Below are positions 1-8,029 of a stretch of DNA of 64,000 nucleotides, piece after piece; position 1 is the stretch's first letter, and every line of letters begins with the position of its first letter. The stretch spans positions 1 to 64,000 of the forward strand of contig JAWSUS010000014.1 of the NCBI GenBank assembly GCA_033549025.1. Direction: 5' to 3'. The notes beneath the pieces were generated by a model, which ran no database searches, was not told where the DNA came from, and saw nothing but the letters and a program-made list of their open reading frames with translations. The stretch comes from Desulfuromonadales bacterium. GTDB lineage: Bacteria > Desulfobacterota > Desulfuromonadia > Desulfuromonadales > SZUA-540. The position numbers were made by a program, and so were the translations under genes.

Positions 1-423
1 GGAGCCACTCTGGGAGCGACCTGTGCGTTTCTGGTGTCTCGTTACCTTTTGAGTGGATGGGCGCAGAAAAGGGTCGGGTCAAAATGGGATACGCTGAATG
101 TAGCCCTTGAAAGGGACGGACTAAACTATCTGCTGTTCCTGAGATTTGTTCCCATTTTCCCCTTTTTTCTCATCAACCTCGTAGCGGCGTTAACAAGACT
201 GCCCCTTCGCACGTTCTTCCTGGGAACCTTCGTGGGCATTCTTCCGGGAGCTTTTGTCTATGTTAACGCGGGAGCAAGTCTTGCTTCCATTGAGTCGATG
301 GCTGGAATCGTCTCACCAAGAGTCCTTGGTTCCTTTGTGCTGTTGGGGGGCTTTTCCCTGGTGCCTATTCTTAGTCATAAATGGCATTGGGCCCGAAAGA
401 GCGAAAAACAATCTGAAGCTTAG
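1..423 (+). CDS. TVP38/TMEM64 (VTT/DedA-like) membrane protein, 5' truncated by window edge
   Basis: Frame is open from base 1 (GATLGATCAFLVSRY...). Motifs LRFVPIFPFFLIN and GTFVGILPG. Confidence 0.85.
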   Translation, partial: GATLGATCAFLVSRYLLSGWAQKRVGSKWDTLNVALERDGLNYLLFLRFVPIFPFFLINLVAALTRLPLRTFFLGTFVGILPGAFVYVNAGASLASIESMAGIVSPRVLGSFVLLGGFSLVPILSHKWHWARKSEKQSEA

Positions 424-637
424 GTTGCGAAAAACTGCCAAAGGAAGGGTGCGGATGCGTTGCTTGCGCCAGGTCAAGAAAGGCTGGTAGTCCTGGCAGG
501 GTAATCAGCACCGTGTAGGTGGCCTGCTGCTGATACTAAAAGGCTAGAGAGCCATGTGCCATCATAGATTGACTGTCAATTGGCATTGAAAAATGAACCA
601 CCATTGGTGCTCAATTTTACCTGTTGCCAAAAAAGTC

Positions 638-693
638 TTGACATGAAAATCAACCCCATATAGATTGACATCAAATAGTTCGACATTAATCCA
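638..693 (+). promoter_or_regulatory. sigma70-like promoter of marR overlapped by two putative MarR operator boxes
   Basis: TTGACA(638)-17 nt-TAGATT(661). Boxes TAGATTGACATCAAATAG (661-678) and TAGTTCGACATTAATCCA (676-693) resemble the box at 1171-1194. Confidence 0.6.
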
Positions 694-705
694 TGTGGGG
701 AATTC

Positions 706-1158
706 GTGAAAAAATTGTCGTTCAAAAACAAGGACGAAACTGTTGCCATGAATACCTTTGTGAAGCTGATGAGGGCCACAGAGGTGGTGACCAGCGCCAC
801 TCACCGGCATTTGGCCGAAGAAAACCTGACCATTTCCCAGTTCGGTGTACTGGAGGCGCTCTATCATCTGGGCCCTCTGTGTCAGCGTGATGTCGCCAAA
901 AAGATCCTCAAGAGCACTGGTAATATCACCACCGTCGTGGACAACCTGGAGCGACGCGGTTTGGTCGCGCGCATTCGCAGCAGTGATGATCGCCGCTATG
1001 TCGCGCTGCATCTGACGGAGGAGGGAACCCGCCTGATCGCCAAAATTTTTCCGACCCATGTGCAGGGGGTTGTTCACAGTCTGAGCGCTCTCACTTCGGA
1101 AGAGCAGGAGGAGTTAGGCCGTTTGTGCAGAAAGCTGGGACTGGGGCAGGGAAGGTAA
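706..1158 (+). CDS. MarR-family regulator, MhqR-like
   Basis: LYHLGPL..KILKSTGNITTVVDNLERRGLV..DRR..LTEEG..IFPTH winged helix. Alternative start ATG at 748. Confidence 0.9.
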   Translation: MKKLSFKNKDETVAMNTFVKLMRATEVVTSATHRHLAEENLTISQFGVLEALYHLGPLCQRDVAKKILKSTGNITTVVDNLERRGLVARIRSSDDRRYVALHLTEEGTRLIAKIFPTHVQGVVHSLSALTSEEQEELGRLCRKLGLGQGR

Positions 1159-1170
1159 AAAAATTTCCCT

Positions 1171-1194
1171 ATATAGTTCGATGTTAAATTATAT
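1171..1194. promoter_or_regulatory. Putative MarR operator upstream of doxX
   Basis: Imperfect palindrome ATATAGTTCGATGTTAAATTATAT, similar to the boxes upstream of marR. Confidence 0.55.
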
Positions 1195-1216
1195 TCCAAC
1201 AACCACGGAGACAATC

Positions 1217-1672
1217 ATGTTAAACAAACTGCTTGGCACGAAAGACGAAATCTCGATAACCATTCTTCGCCTCACCCTGGGACTGGTGATCTTTCCGCAC
1301 GGCGCTCAGAAACTGCTGGGGTGGTTTGGTGGCTATGGCTTTGCCGGCACCATGCAGCACTTCACTGAAACCATGGGAATTCCCTATCTGTTTGCCCTGC
1401 TGGCGGTCCTGGCCGAATCATTTGGTGCCCTCGGACTGATCGTCGGGCTAGGGACGAGGATCGCCGCGCTGGGGGTGGGGGCCACTATTGGCGTGGCGGC
1501 TCTCATGGTGCATGTCCCCCACGGATTTTTCATGAACTGGTCCGGCGGCCAGGCCGGAGAAGGGTTCGAGTATCACCTGCTGGTCGTCGGGATGGCCCTC
1601 TCCCTTGTCATCAGAGGCGGTGGGAAATGGTCCCTGGATCGCATCCTGGCCAGCAGGTCCATTGGTCATTGA
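1217..1672 (+). CDS. DoxX-family membrane protein
   Basis: IFPHGAQKLLGWFGG and GEGFEYHLL motifs. GGAG RBS before ATG 1217. Confidence 0.9.
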   Translation: MLNKLLGTKDEISITILRLTLGLVIFPHGAQKLLGWFGGYGFAGTMQHFTETMGIPYLFALLAVLAESFGALGLIVGLGTRIAALGVGATIGVAALMVHVPHGFFMNWSGGQAGEGFEYHLLVVGMALSLVIRGGGKWSLDRILASRSIGH

Positions 1673-1725
1673 CGAGAAAATTCCCAAAACCAAACCTCAC
1701 ATCCAAAAAGAAAGGAAAACGACAA

Positions 1726-2322
1726 ATGAAAAGACTGATTCTGACTCTGAGTACTCTGGCCCTGCTGATCGCGCCTTCGGGGGCTATGGCGGCGAACTGG
1801 AACATTGACCCCGATCACTCGGCGGCCCACTTCAAGGTGCGTCACATGATGATTGCCGATGTGCGTGGCAGTTTCCCGGACGTACAAGGGGTTGTGGTCA
1901 TCAACGACAGCGATATTACGCGCTCGACTATCGATGTCACCATTAAGGCCGCCAGTATCAATACCGGTGTGGAGAAACGCGACGCCCACCTGAAGAGTGC
2001 AGACTTTTTTGAGGTCGAAACCTATCCGACACTCACCTTCAAGTCGAAGCGTGTTCAGGAGGTTTCGGACTACAGGCTCAGGGTCGTTGGCGATCTCACC
2101 TTGCACGGTGTGACCAAAGAGGTGGAGTTGCTGGTTGACGGACCCAGTGGTGAGATCAAGGACCCCTGGGGCAATCTTCGCAAAGGGGCCAGGGCCGCGA
2201 CCCAGATCAACCGCAAGGACTTCGGCATCATCTGGAACGCCACGTTGGACAATGGAGGTCTTATGATCGGCGATGACGTGGAGATCATCATCGACCTCGA
2301 ATTTATCAAGCAGGCGAACTGA
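1726..2322 (+). CDS. yceI: YceI-family periplasmic lipid/quinone-binding protein
   Basis: Signal peptide, WNIDPDHS, RDAHLKSADFF, GDLTLHGVTK, INRKDFG. Confidence 0.92.
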   Translation: MKRLILTLSTLALLIAPSGAMAANWNIDPDHSAAHFKVRHMMIADVRGSFPDVQGVVVINDSDITRSTIDVTIKAASINTGVEKRDAHLKSADFFEVETYPTLTFKSKRVQEVSDYRLRVVGDLTLHGVTKEVELLVDGPSGEIKDPWGNLRKGARAATQINRKDFGIIWNATLDNGGLMIGDDVEIIIDLEFIKQAN

Positions 2323-2334
2323 GCCAGTCGCCCC

Positions 2335-2370
2335 GCCGGGAGGGCATGCCTCCTGCCCTCCCGGCTTGTC
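2335..2370 (+). terminator. GC-rich hairpin after yceI, probable terminator
   Basis: GCCGGGAGGGCA-7 nt-TGCCCTCCCGGC with a weak U-tract. Confidence 0.5.
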
Positions 2371-2391
2371 TGGACCAGCAAGGGTTGCCAG

Positions 2392-2559
2392 CATCAAATC
2401 TCCTACCTGGCATTTGAAAAACTTACATAGGCGATCGATGTTGTCCGTCGTTGTATTGTAGCTTCTTGTATTGGCAATTTTTGACAGGGTTGTTCGATGG
2501 ATCTGGGTTGCTTTTGCCTGCTCGTCAAAGGTCAATCGGGACCCGGTTTTAAACTCCTG
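2392..2559 (-). pseudogene. Truncated XRE/Cro-C1 helix-turn-helix regulator remnant
   Basis: QEFKTGSRLTFDEQAKATQIHRTTLSKIANTRSYNTTTDNIDRLCKFFKCQVGDLM with no start or stop of its own. Confidence 0.7.
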
Positions 2560-3835
2560 GGGGGCACTGCTGCCACTGATGCAGGGTGGTGCGAATGATT
2601 TCGAAATAGCCCGGCGCCCGCACAACTTCTTGATATCCCGGAACGGCTCCCACCCACTTGCCCAGTCGGACGTTGCGTTCCTGTGTGAGATAAAGGGTGG
2701 GCAATCCCATAAGCGCCGGACCGTCCATGCCGGCAGTGGTGACGCCAATCTGGCCCACCAGGCCGTGGCGGTCTCTCAATTCCTCAAACAGCTGCAGTTG
2801 AGCGCGGCGCATGTCCGGTCCCTGGAAGAGCGGCTCTTTCCAGCAAAGGGTGAGGTCCACTCCCCTTGTCTGCGCAACGTCTGCGGGAACAGCATCGCCG
2901 AAAAAGATGGGAGTGAGCCCGGCATTCAATACCAGGTCAGAAAGCTGACGCAACTCATCAAAGCAGGTATTGCGCGGGGCATCGTGGTCACCTGTTCGTA
3001 CCCAAAGCAGCACCTTCTGTTTTTGATTTCCTCCCACCTTGCCATCGATCCATGATCTCAAGGAAGCCGCCGGCGGTTCATCTCCCAAAAACGCTGCGCG
3101 CAGGGTGCGCTGTGCTCCTACCGCATCGGTGTGAAACGCCTCGGCGATGAGATGAGTCAGGTGCTTGGGGCTCGCCGGACGAGACCGATAGGGGCGAAGG
3201 GCCCCTTCCAGCCCGGCATCGAGAAGGAATCGTCTGGCCTGCAATTCCTGGGCAGCACCAGGTTTGATCTGGATGAGCACGCCGGCCAACAGTGCCGCAG
3301 CAGCCAGATACCAGCCTTCGCCAAACGAAAAACCGGGATCGGCATGGAACGTATAAGCGCGGTTCCGCTCTAGGACGATTTGCCTGGCGGCGTTTCCGGC
3401 AACTTCGGCTCTGCGGGCAATTGTTCTCGCTTTGGCCGTATCAAGTAGCCGGGCAAAACGTGCGGCCGCCAATGCCGCCTCTTCCGCATTGCCAGCAATC
3501 TGCTCGACGCGCTGCCAGCCGTCTTCGCAATCGTCCAAGGTCGGCGCCCGCTGCGCTCCGCGCGAGAGCTGCCCGGCACCATAGCGCGCATCCTCGGCCC
3601 GCGCGCCTTGCGCCCGCAGCAACACCCAGTGGAGAGATACTAGCTCACTGTTTTCCCGCTCGCCCTCCAGCGCCCGTGTGGCCAGCAGGACAACCTGCTC
3701 CAGCCGAGAGCGATAATCATCGCGCACTCCGGGCAGATGCAGCGATCCCTCCAATGCCGTGGCCTCCGCCAACAGAGTGGCTGCCTTTCGTGCGAGCCCC
3801 CCGCCATCCGTTTCGTGATGAAGCAGCTTTGTCAC
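2549..3835 (-). CDS. Hypothetical protein: Ala-rich helical N-terminus and possible GT-B-like C-terminal domain
   Basis: Long ORF. GTG 3835 overlaps the epimerase TGA (GTGA). C-terminal KVLLWVR...QIGVTTAGMDGPALMGLPTLYL. Confidence 0.7.
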   Translation of the reverse strand: MTKLLHHETDGGGLARKAATLLAEATALEGSLHLPGVRDDYRSRLEQVVLLATRALEGERENSELVSLHWVLLRAQGARAEDARYGAGQLSRGAQRAPTLDDCEDGWQRVEQIAGNAEEAALAAARFARLLDTAKARTIARRAEVAGNAARQIVLERNRAYTFHADPGFSFGEGWYLAAAALLAGVLIQIKPGAAQELQARRFLLDAGLEGALRPYRSRPASPKHLTHLIAEAFHTDAVGAQRTLRAAFLGDEPPAASLRSWIDGKVGGNQKQKVLLWVRTGDHDAPRNTCFDELRQLSDLVLNAGLTPIFFGDAVPADVAQTRGVDLTLCWKEPLFQGPDMRRAQLQLFEELRDRHGLVGQIGVTTAGMDGPALMGLPTLYLTQERNVRLGKWVGAVPGYQEVVRAPGYFEIIRTTLHQWQQCPPGV

Positions 3836-4851
3836 AGGATCTTCTTCGACCAGGTCTTCGGCGCGAGCGGTCCGTCTATTTCCAGCTCGACATTGTGTAA
3901 AAAAGGGCGAGGTCCGCGAGATTTTATCCATTCGATCATAACGGCCAATCCCTCTTCGAGTTTCACCTTCGGCTGGTAATCAAGCAACCGCCGGGCCTTG
4001 TCGGCGCAGCAGTTGGCAAAAAAAACCTCCTGGGGGCGGCTATCGACCCGGTTCGGCTGCAGATCAAAATCGAGCAGCCGGGCGATCGTAGTTGCAAGTT
4101 CGTTGATGGTAACAAACTCATCGTCAGGGCCGATATTGATGATCTCATGGACACAGCGGTTGTCGGTGGCCATCCGCAGAAGGGGATCCACCACATCGGA
4201 GACAAAGCTGAAGCAGCGTCTCTGATTGCCGTCCCCGTAGATATAGGGTTGACGTCCTTGCAGCATCAGGTTGATGAAAATAGCGGCCACGTTGCGATAA
4301 GGATCGTCGTACCGCTGCCGAGGCCCGATAATATTGTGAGGAACCGCCACCACCCACTCCATACCGTGGGTTTCGGCAATATTGGCAAGCAACCGTTCCG
4401 CACACCATTTGGCGATGCCGTAGGGATCCTGTGGCGCCGGTACCATATCCTCGGTAAACGGAACCTTATTCGTGCCGTACCTGGCCATGGACGAACAGAG
4501 CACGAAGCGCTTCACGCCTCCCGCCGCGGCTGCGGAGACAACGCCACTGGTCGCCGTCACAACGTTCCGGGTGACCAGATGTGGACTGAATACGGAGAGG
4601 CCTTCATAGGCTGTGGCAGCGCAATGGTAGACAATATCGACGTCTTTCATCAAGGCGGCCAGTGGCACAAAATCGTTGCAGTCGATTTGATGAAACACAG
4701 CGCCGCTCGGAATATTGTCAAGGTAGCCACCCCTCAGGTTGTCACATCCCGAAACTCTGTACCCTTCAGCCAGACACCTGTCCGCAATATGACTCCCTAA
4801 AAAACCTGCTATCCCCGTAATGAAAATTCGTTTTCCACTCAATTGAAGCAC
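3832..4851 (-). CDS. NAD-dependent nucleotide-sugar epimerase/dehydratase (extended SDR)
   Basis: TGIAGFLG, SSMARYG, YGIAK (YxxxK), HNIIGP, IYGDGNQRRCFSFVSD. Confidence 0.93.
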   Translation of the reverse strand: MLQLSGKRIFITGIAGFLGSHIADRCLAEGYRVSGCDNLRGGYLDNIPSGAVFHQIDCNDFVPLAALMKDVDIVYHCAATAYEGLSVFSPHLVTRNVVTATSGVVSAAAAGGVKRFVLCSSMARYGTNKVPFTEDMVPAPQDPYGIAKWCAERLLANIAETHGMEWVVAVPHNIIGPRQRYDDPYRNVAAIFINLMLQGRQPYIYGDGNQRRCFSFVSDVVDPLLRMATDNRCVHEIINIGPDDEFVTINELATTIARLLDFDLQPNRVDSRPQEVFFANCCADKARRLLDYQPKVKLEEGLAVMIEWIKSRGPRPFLHNVELEIDGPLAPKTWSKKIL

Positions 4852-5333
4852 TCCATACCGGATTTTTTATTAGAACCTGAATTAGTGAATAATCCGGCGA
4901 ATCATAGCACAAGTCAATGAATCGCCTAAGCACCCCAAAAATCTCCGCTGTCCTAGGAAAGCGCATCGGGTCAAACCGATAGACATGGTACATCGTTGCG
5001 GCAGGTGTAGTTTTCCGCAAATCTTGTGAGTTTTACCGTTGGCTTGGTCTTTTGGAGGTTTTCGGCCGGCCAAAGGTCAGTGAAAAAATGACCCTTGGTC
5101 AGAATTCGCTTATTCTTATGAAATCTATCCAGGTGCTTTTGCGTAAAAACTTTCACCTGTTATCAGTCAAAACGATCCAGGCATTCTTGGTCTAACGCCA
5201 TCCATCAATTATCACGGCTACTGGCTTCCCGAATGGGGGTTTTGAATCCCCCAAAGAACACAAAACGCGCTCAATCACCATACTGAGCACGTTTATCATT
5301 AATGCTCCATTTTTCGAGCATCTTGGAGTGCTC

Positions 5334-5362
5334 TTGACGTACCATTCCTTAGGTGCTATCAA
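5334..5362 (+). promoter_or_regulatory. sigma70-like promoter of the TA operon
   Basis: TTGACG-17 nt-TATCAA. The spacer holds the weak dyad GTACC..GGTGC. Confidence 0.45.
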
Positions 5363-5384
5363 GTGGTCAAAAGGAGGTGTAGTC

Positions 5385-5651
5385 ATGGCCATCAAGTTTT
5401 CAGAAGATATAGTCCCCCTGGCAGATGTAAAAGTGAATCCTGGAAAGGTTATCCGCCGAACCAGGGAATCCCATCGACCAATTCTATTGACCAGTCGGGG
5501 TCGAGGTGTTGCCGTTGTGCAATCGCTGGAGGATTTCGAGTTGGCAGAGGAGGAAAAGGCTTTTATGCGGGCAGTTGTCGATGGTCTTGGCGATCTGGAC
5601 AACAATCGTCAGGTCGATCTTGATACGGCAAAAAAACGGTTGGGCCTGTAA
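5385..5651 (+). CDS. Type II TA antitoxin, Phd/YefM family
   Basis: DIVPLADVK..RPILLTSRGRGVAVVQSLEDF. AGGAGG RBS. Confidence 0.88.
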   Translation: MAIKFSEDIVPLADVKVNPGKVIRRTRESHRPILLTSRGRGVAVVQSLEDFELAEEEKAFMRAVVDGLGDLDNNRQVDLDTAKKRLGL

Positions 5652-5656
5652 GCGCC

Positions 5657-5956
5657 ATGTCCCAGGTTCTTCAGGTTGTATTTGCCGAATCAGCAGTCAG
5701 GGATCTGGAAGAAATTCGAGAGTATTATTTGGAGCAACAGGTCCCGGATGTTGGAGATCGCTTCGTGCGCGAGATCATCGCCTTAATTGAAGACCTGCCA
5801 TCGCATCCAGACAGGGGTAGAGTGGTTCCTGAGTTCAACCAACCCAGACTCCGAGAACTGATTCATCCCCCGTTTCGAATTGTTTACCGCCGCGACCCGC
5901 AAAGTCTCAGCATTGTCCGTATCTGGCGAAGTGAACGGTTGATGCGCCTTCCGTAG
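5657..5956 (+). CDS. Type II TA toxin, RelE/ParE family
   Basis: AVRDLEEIREY, GRVVPE, RELIHPPFRIVYR. Directly follows the antitoxin. Confidence 0.9.
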   Translation: MSQVLQVVFAESAVRDLEEIREYYLEQQVPDVGDRFVREIIALIEDLPSHPDRGRVVPEFNQPRLRELIHPPFRIVYRRDPQSLSIVRIWRSERLMRLP

Positions 5957-6041
5957 TGCAACCACCCCTCATAGATCCTGATCCAATGATCGGACTTTTC
6001 TCATGACCCAGGGTTATCAGTAAATTCATTTTTCAATTCTT

Positions 6042-6164
6042 TCAAACCAAGTCATCCCCGACTTTGTCGTCAGGTATGTCCTCAGCCAGTTCTTCGGTGC
6101 GACAGTCAAAGAAGGCACACCGCTTGTTCATGTTGTCCGTTGTGGGGTTGTAGCCTCTCTGATT
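6042..6164 (-). pseudogene. Second XRE-HTH remnant (C-terminal half only)
   Basis: Manual translation NQRGYNPTTDNMNKRCAFFDCRTEELAEDIPDDKVGDDLV*, homologous to 2392-2559. Confidence 0.65.
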
Positions 6165-6195
6165 CCGACTGCTTGTCCAAATCTCCTGCATTATG

Positions 6196-6230
6196 AAAAA
6201 AAATTCCGCCTGGATCGCCAGGCGGAATTT
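6196..6230 (-). terminator. Rho-independent terminator
   Basis: AAATTCCGCCTGG-ATCG-CCAGGCGGAATTT followed by a T run on the minus strand. Confidence 0.75.
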
Positions 6231-6372
6231 ATCTTGTGCTAATAAATGTCGTGAATTTCAAGGCATGGTGGATAAACAGTTAACGGCTCCACCGGATAAA
6301 ATCAGGCTGGCCTCTCCGAAGTCATGGGAATTTAATAAACACAGAAAGTCGCTATCAAGGTTCCCTCTGGAT

Positions 6373-6750
6373 CTAGTTCCCCCAAAACTTCCACCACTTA
6401 CGGCGGTTTTCACGCGATTCTTGCCCTTGTTCGGACCCTTTATCCAATTCTTTCTGGACCTGTTCCGATTTTTTGGCCCCCTGCTTTTCAAGCCCTTTCG
6501 GTTTTTCGCCCTGTTCTTTTAAGCTTTTTTCGTGCTCTTTTTTGAGGGCTTCTCCCTGCTCCCTGCTCTCTTCGGCCTGCTTTTCAGCGTGCTCTCTTTT
6601 CTGTTCAGCCTGGTCTTTCATCTGGGCAGTGGCCTGCTCTGCCTGCATTGCCCCCTTCCCTTTGCCCGCCCCATCGGGTTTGGCCGCAAAAGTTGGAGTA
6701 ATCATCAAGGCGAATGAGAGGATGAAAAGCGTTATTACTTTTTTTGACAT
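6373..6750 (-). CDS. Small secreted Lys/Glu/Gln-rich hypothetical protein
   Basis: AAGGAG RBS, signal peptide MSKKVITLFILSFALMITPTFA, ends RRKWWKFWGN. Confidence 0.8.
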   Translation of the reverse strand: MSKKVITLFILSFALMITPTFAAKPDGAGKGKGAMQAEQATAQMKDQAEQKREHAEKQAEESREQGEALKKEHEKSLKEQGEKPKGLEKQGAKKSEQVQKELDKGSEQGQESRENRRKWWKFWGN

Positions 6751-6985
6751 GTTGGTTCTCCTTTTCATTTGAGTTGTTATGAAATCACTTTCCTTCGGAA
6801 TGGCAGTACACCCGTATGCTGGCCACGAAGTATAGCAGATGATTCCACTCCTGTCGCGCCTGCCGCCCTCTTCCGCCATGGGATTGTCGGTGCTGGCCGG
6901 GCTGATTCATAAAAGCAAAAAACTGGGGGAGCAGGTAGATTGTTCGTGCCTCAAAAGGCCAGCCTTCTGCTGGCAGCTAAAAGCT

Positions 6986-7122
6986 GCATAGGGATTGCTT
7001 TTGCTGAAGGTTCCTACTTGCTTTGGGTAAGGGCACCCTATAAGCTGCTTTAGGGGGCTTCTTATGTAAACAAGATAGCCACGCTTTAGGCCACCCGGGT
7101 CGTCAGCAGAAACATTCCATGC
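6986..7122 (+). ncRNA. Candidate multi-stem structured RNA of unrecognised family
   Basis: Long closing stem 6986-7007/7103-7122 containing G-U pairs. It encloses hairpins and three GCTTT(A/G)GG motifs. Confidence 0.35.
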
Positions 7123-7200
7123 TCGTTCTGTGTGGCTAGAGTTCGTCGATTTCGCCTTTTTTATAAACTGCCAACCCTCAAACTCGACAGGAGAATGACA

Positions 7201-7572
7201 ATGATTCCGGAAAAATTGCAGGAGATCCTTAAGCAGGATGGTGTTGTCGCGATCGCCACTTTGGGCCAAGATGGACCACATATGGTCAATACGTGGAACA
7301 CGTATATCCGTATCTCACCTGAAGGCCGCCTGCAGATTCCCGCCGGCTACATGCACAAGACGGAAGAAAACATCCAGCACAACCCGGAGGTTTTGATCAC
7401 GGTCGGCAGCAGCAAAGTAAAGGGCTTACATGGAACGGGAGCCGGTTTTTTGATTAAGGGGAAGGCGGCCTTCGTGACATCCGGCCTTGATTTCGATACC
7501 CTGAAATCGACTTTTAGCTGGCTGCGGGCCACCCTCGTCGTCACCATCGACTCCGCGACCCAGACCTGGTGA
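7201..7572 (+). CDS. FMN-binding split-barrel protein (PNPOx family; Desulfovibrio FMN-bp-like)
   Basis: DGVVAIATLGQDGPHMVNTWNTY, MHKTEENI, GAGFLIKG. Confidence 0.88.
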   Translation: MIPEKLQEILKQDGVVAIATLGQDGPHMVNTWNTYIRISPEGRLQIPAGYMHKTEENIQHNPEVLITVGSSKVKGLHGTGAGFLIKGKAAFVTSGLDFDTLKSTFSWLRATLVVTIDSATQTW

Positions 7573-7623
7573 AAAATCACCTGCCCGCAAAGTTATAAAC
7601 CCGTGCACTCAAGGAGGCTGCGA

Positions 7624-7800
7624 ATGGATACCAAGGAAAAGGTTCTCGAAGTGATGCGTCAGGAAGGGCAACCCCTCAATGCGGGCAAGATTGCCGAGCT
7701 GGGCGGGTTGGACCGAAAAGAGGTCGACAAGGCCATGGCGCAGTTGAAAAAAGAAGAAAAGATCGTTTCACCCAAGCGTTGTTATTGGACGCCGGCCTAG
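7624..7800 (+). CDS. 58-aa winged-helix protein
   Basis: [54 protein letters not shown]. Confidence 0.8.
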   Translation: MDTKEKVLEVMRQEGQPLNAGKIAELGGLDRKEVDKAMAQLKKEEKIVSPKRCYWTPA

Positions 7801-7819
7801 CCCCATATTGTCTGCCTCA

Positions 7820-7902
7820 TTCCAGGGTTTCTCGGGCGCTGGGTCAAATGGTTCGGGCAAATCAGAATCGATTGATCAGATAGATGCCTGGAAACCCTGG
7901 GA
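7820..7902 (+). other. Long imperfect hairpin 3' of the mini winged-helix gene
   Basis: CCAGGGTTTC/GAAACCCTGG outer stem plus three nested stems with G-U pairs. Confidence 0.45.
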
Positions 7903-7945
7903 TCGGGCTAACCATTGAACGGTTTTCCCCCCTTTTAGCCTCGAA

Positions 7946-7987
7946 TTGATCCAGGTCAAGGCCCCTCCGGAGACGTCGCCTTATTCT
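7946..7987 (+). promoter_or_regulatory. FNR/HcpR-type box with class II -10 element
   Basis: TTGATCCAGGTCAA (7946-7959) and TATTCT at 7982, consistent with -41.5 geometry. Confidence 0.6.
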
Positions 7988-7988
7988 T

Positions 7989-8006
7989 CGTTACACAAAC
8001 GTAACG
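7989..8006. promoter_or_regulatory. Putative binding site of the PAS-sigma54 activator (autoregulation)
   Basis: CGTTAC-N6-GTAACG. The same dyad occurs at 9391-9406. Confidence 0.55.
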
Positions 8007-8029
8007 CGGGCCGTCCGGAGGAATTCTGA

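Noticed and set aside
1666..2748. 360-aa minus-strand ORF containing an HTH segment
   Set aside because: Mostly antisense to yceI and out of frame within the 2549 ORF. Only 2392-2559 looks like real (decayed) coding sequence.
5190..6020. Possible integron cassette/attC around the TA pair (GTCTAAC at 5190)
   Set aside because: No matching GTTRRRY end with attC-like internal symmetry, and no integrase.
6986..7122. FMN, c-di-GMP-I or Moco riboswitch, or retron msr-msd
   Set aside because: Conserved cores of those riboswitches are absent and there is no reverse transcriptase in the window. Kept only as an unknown structure.
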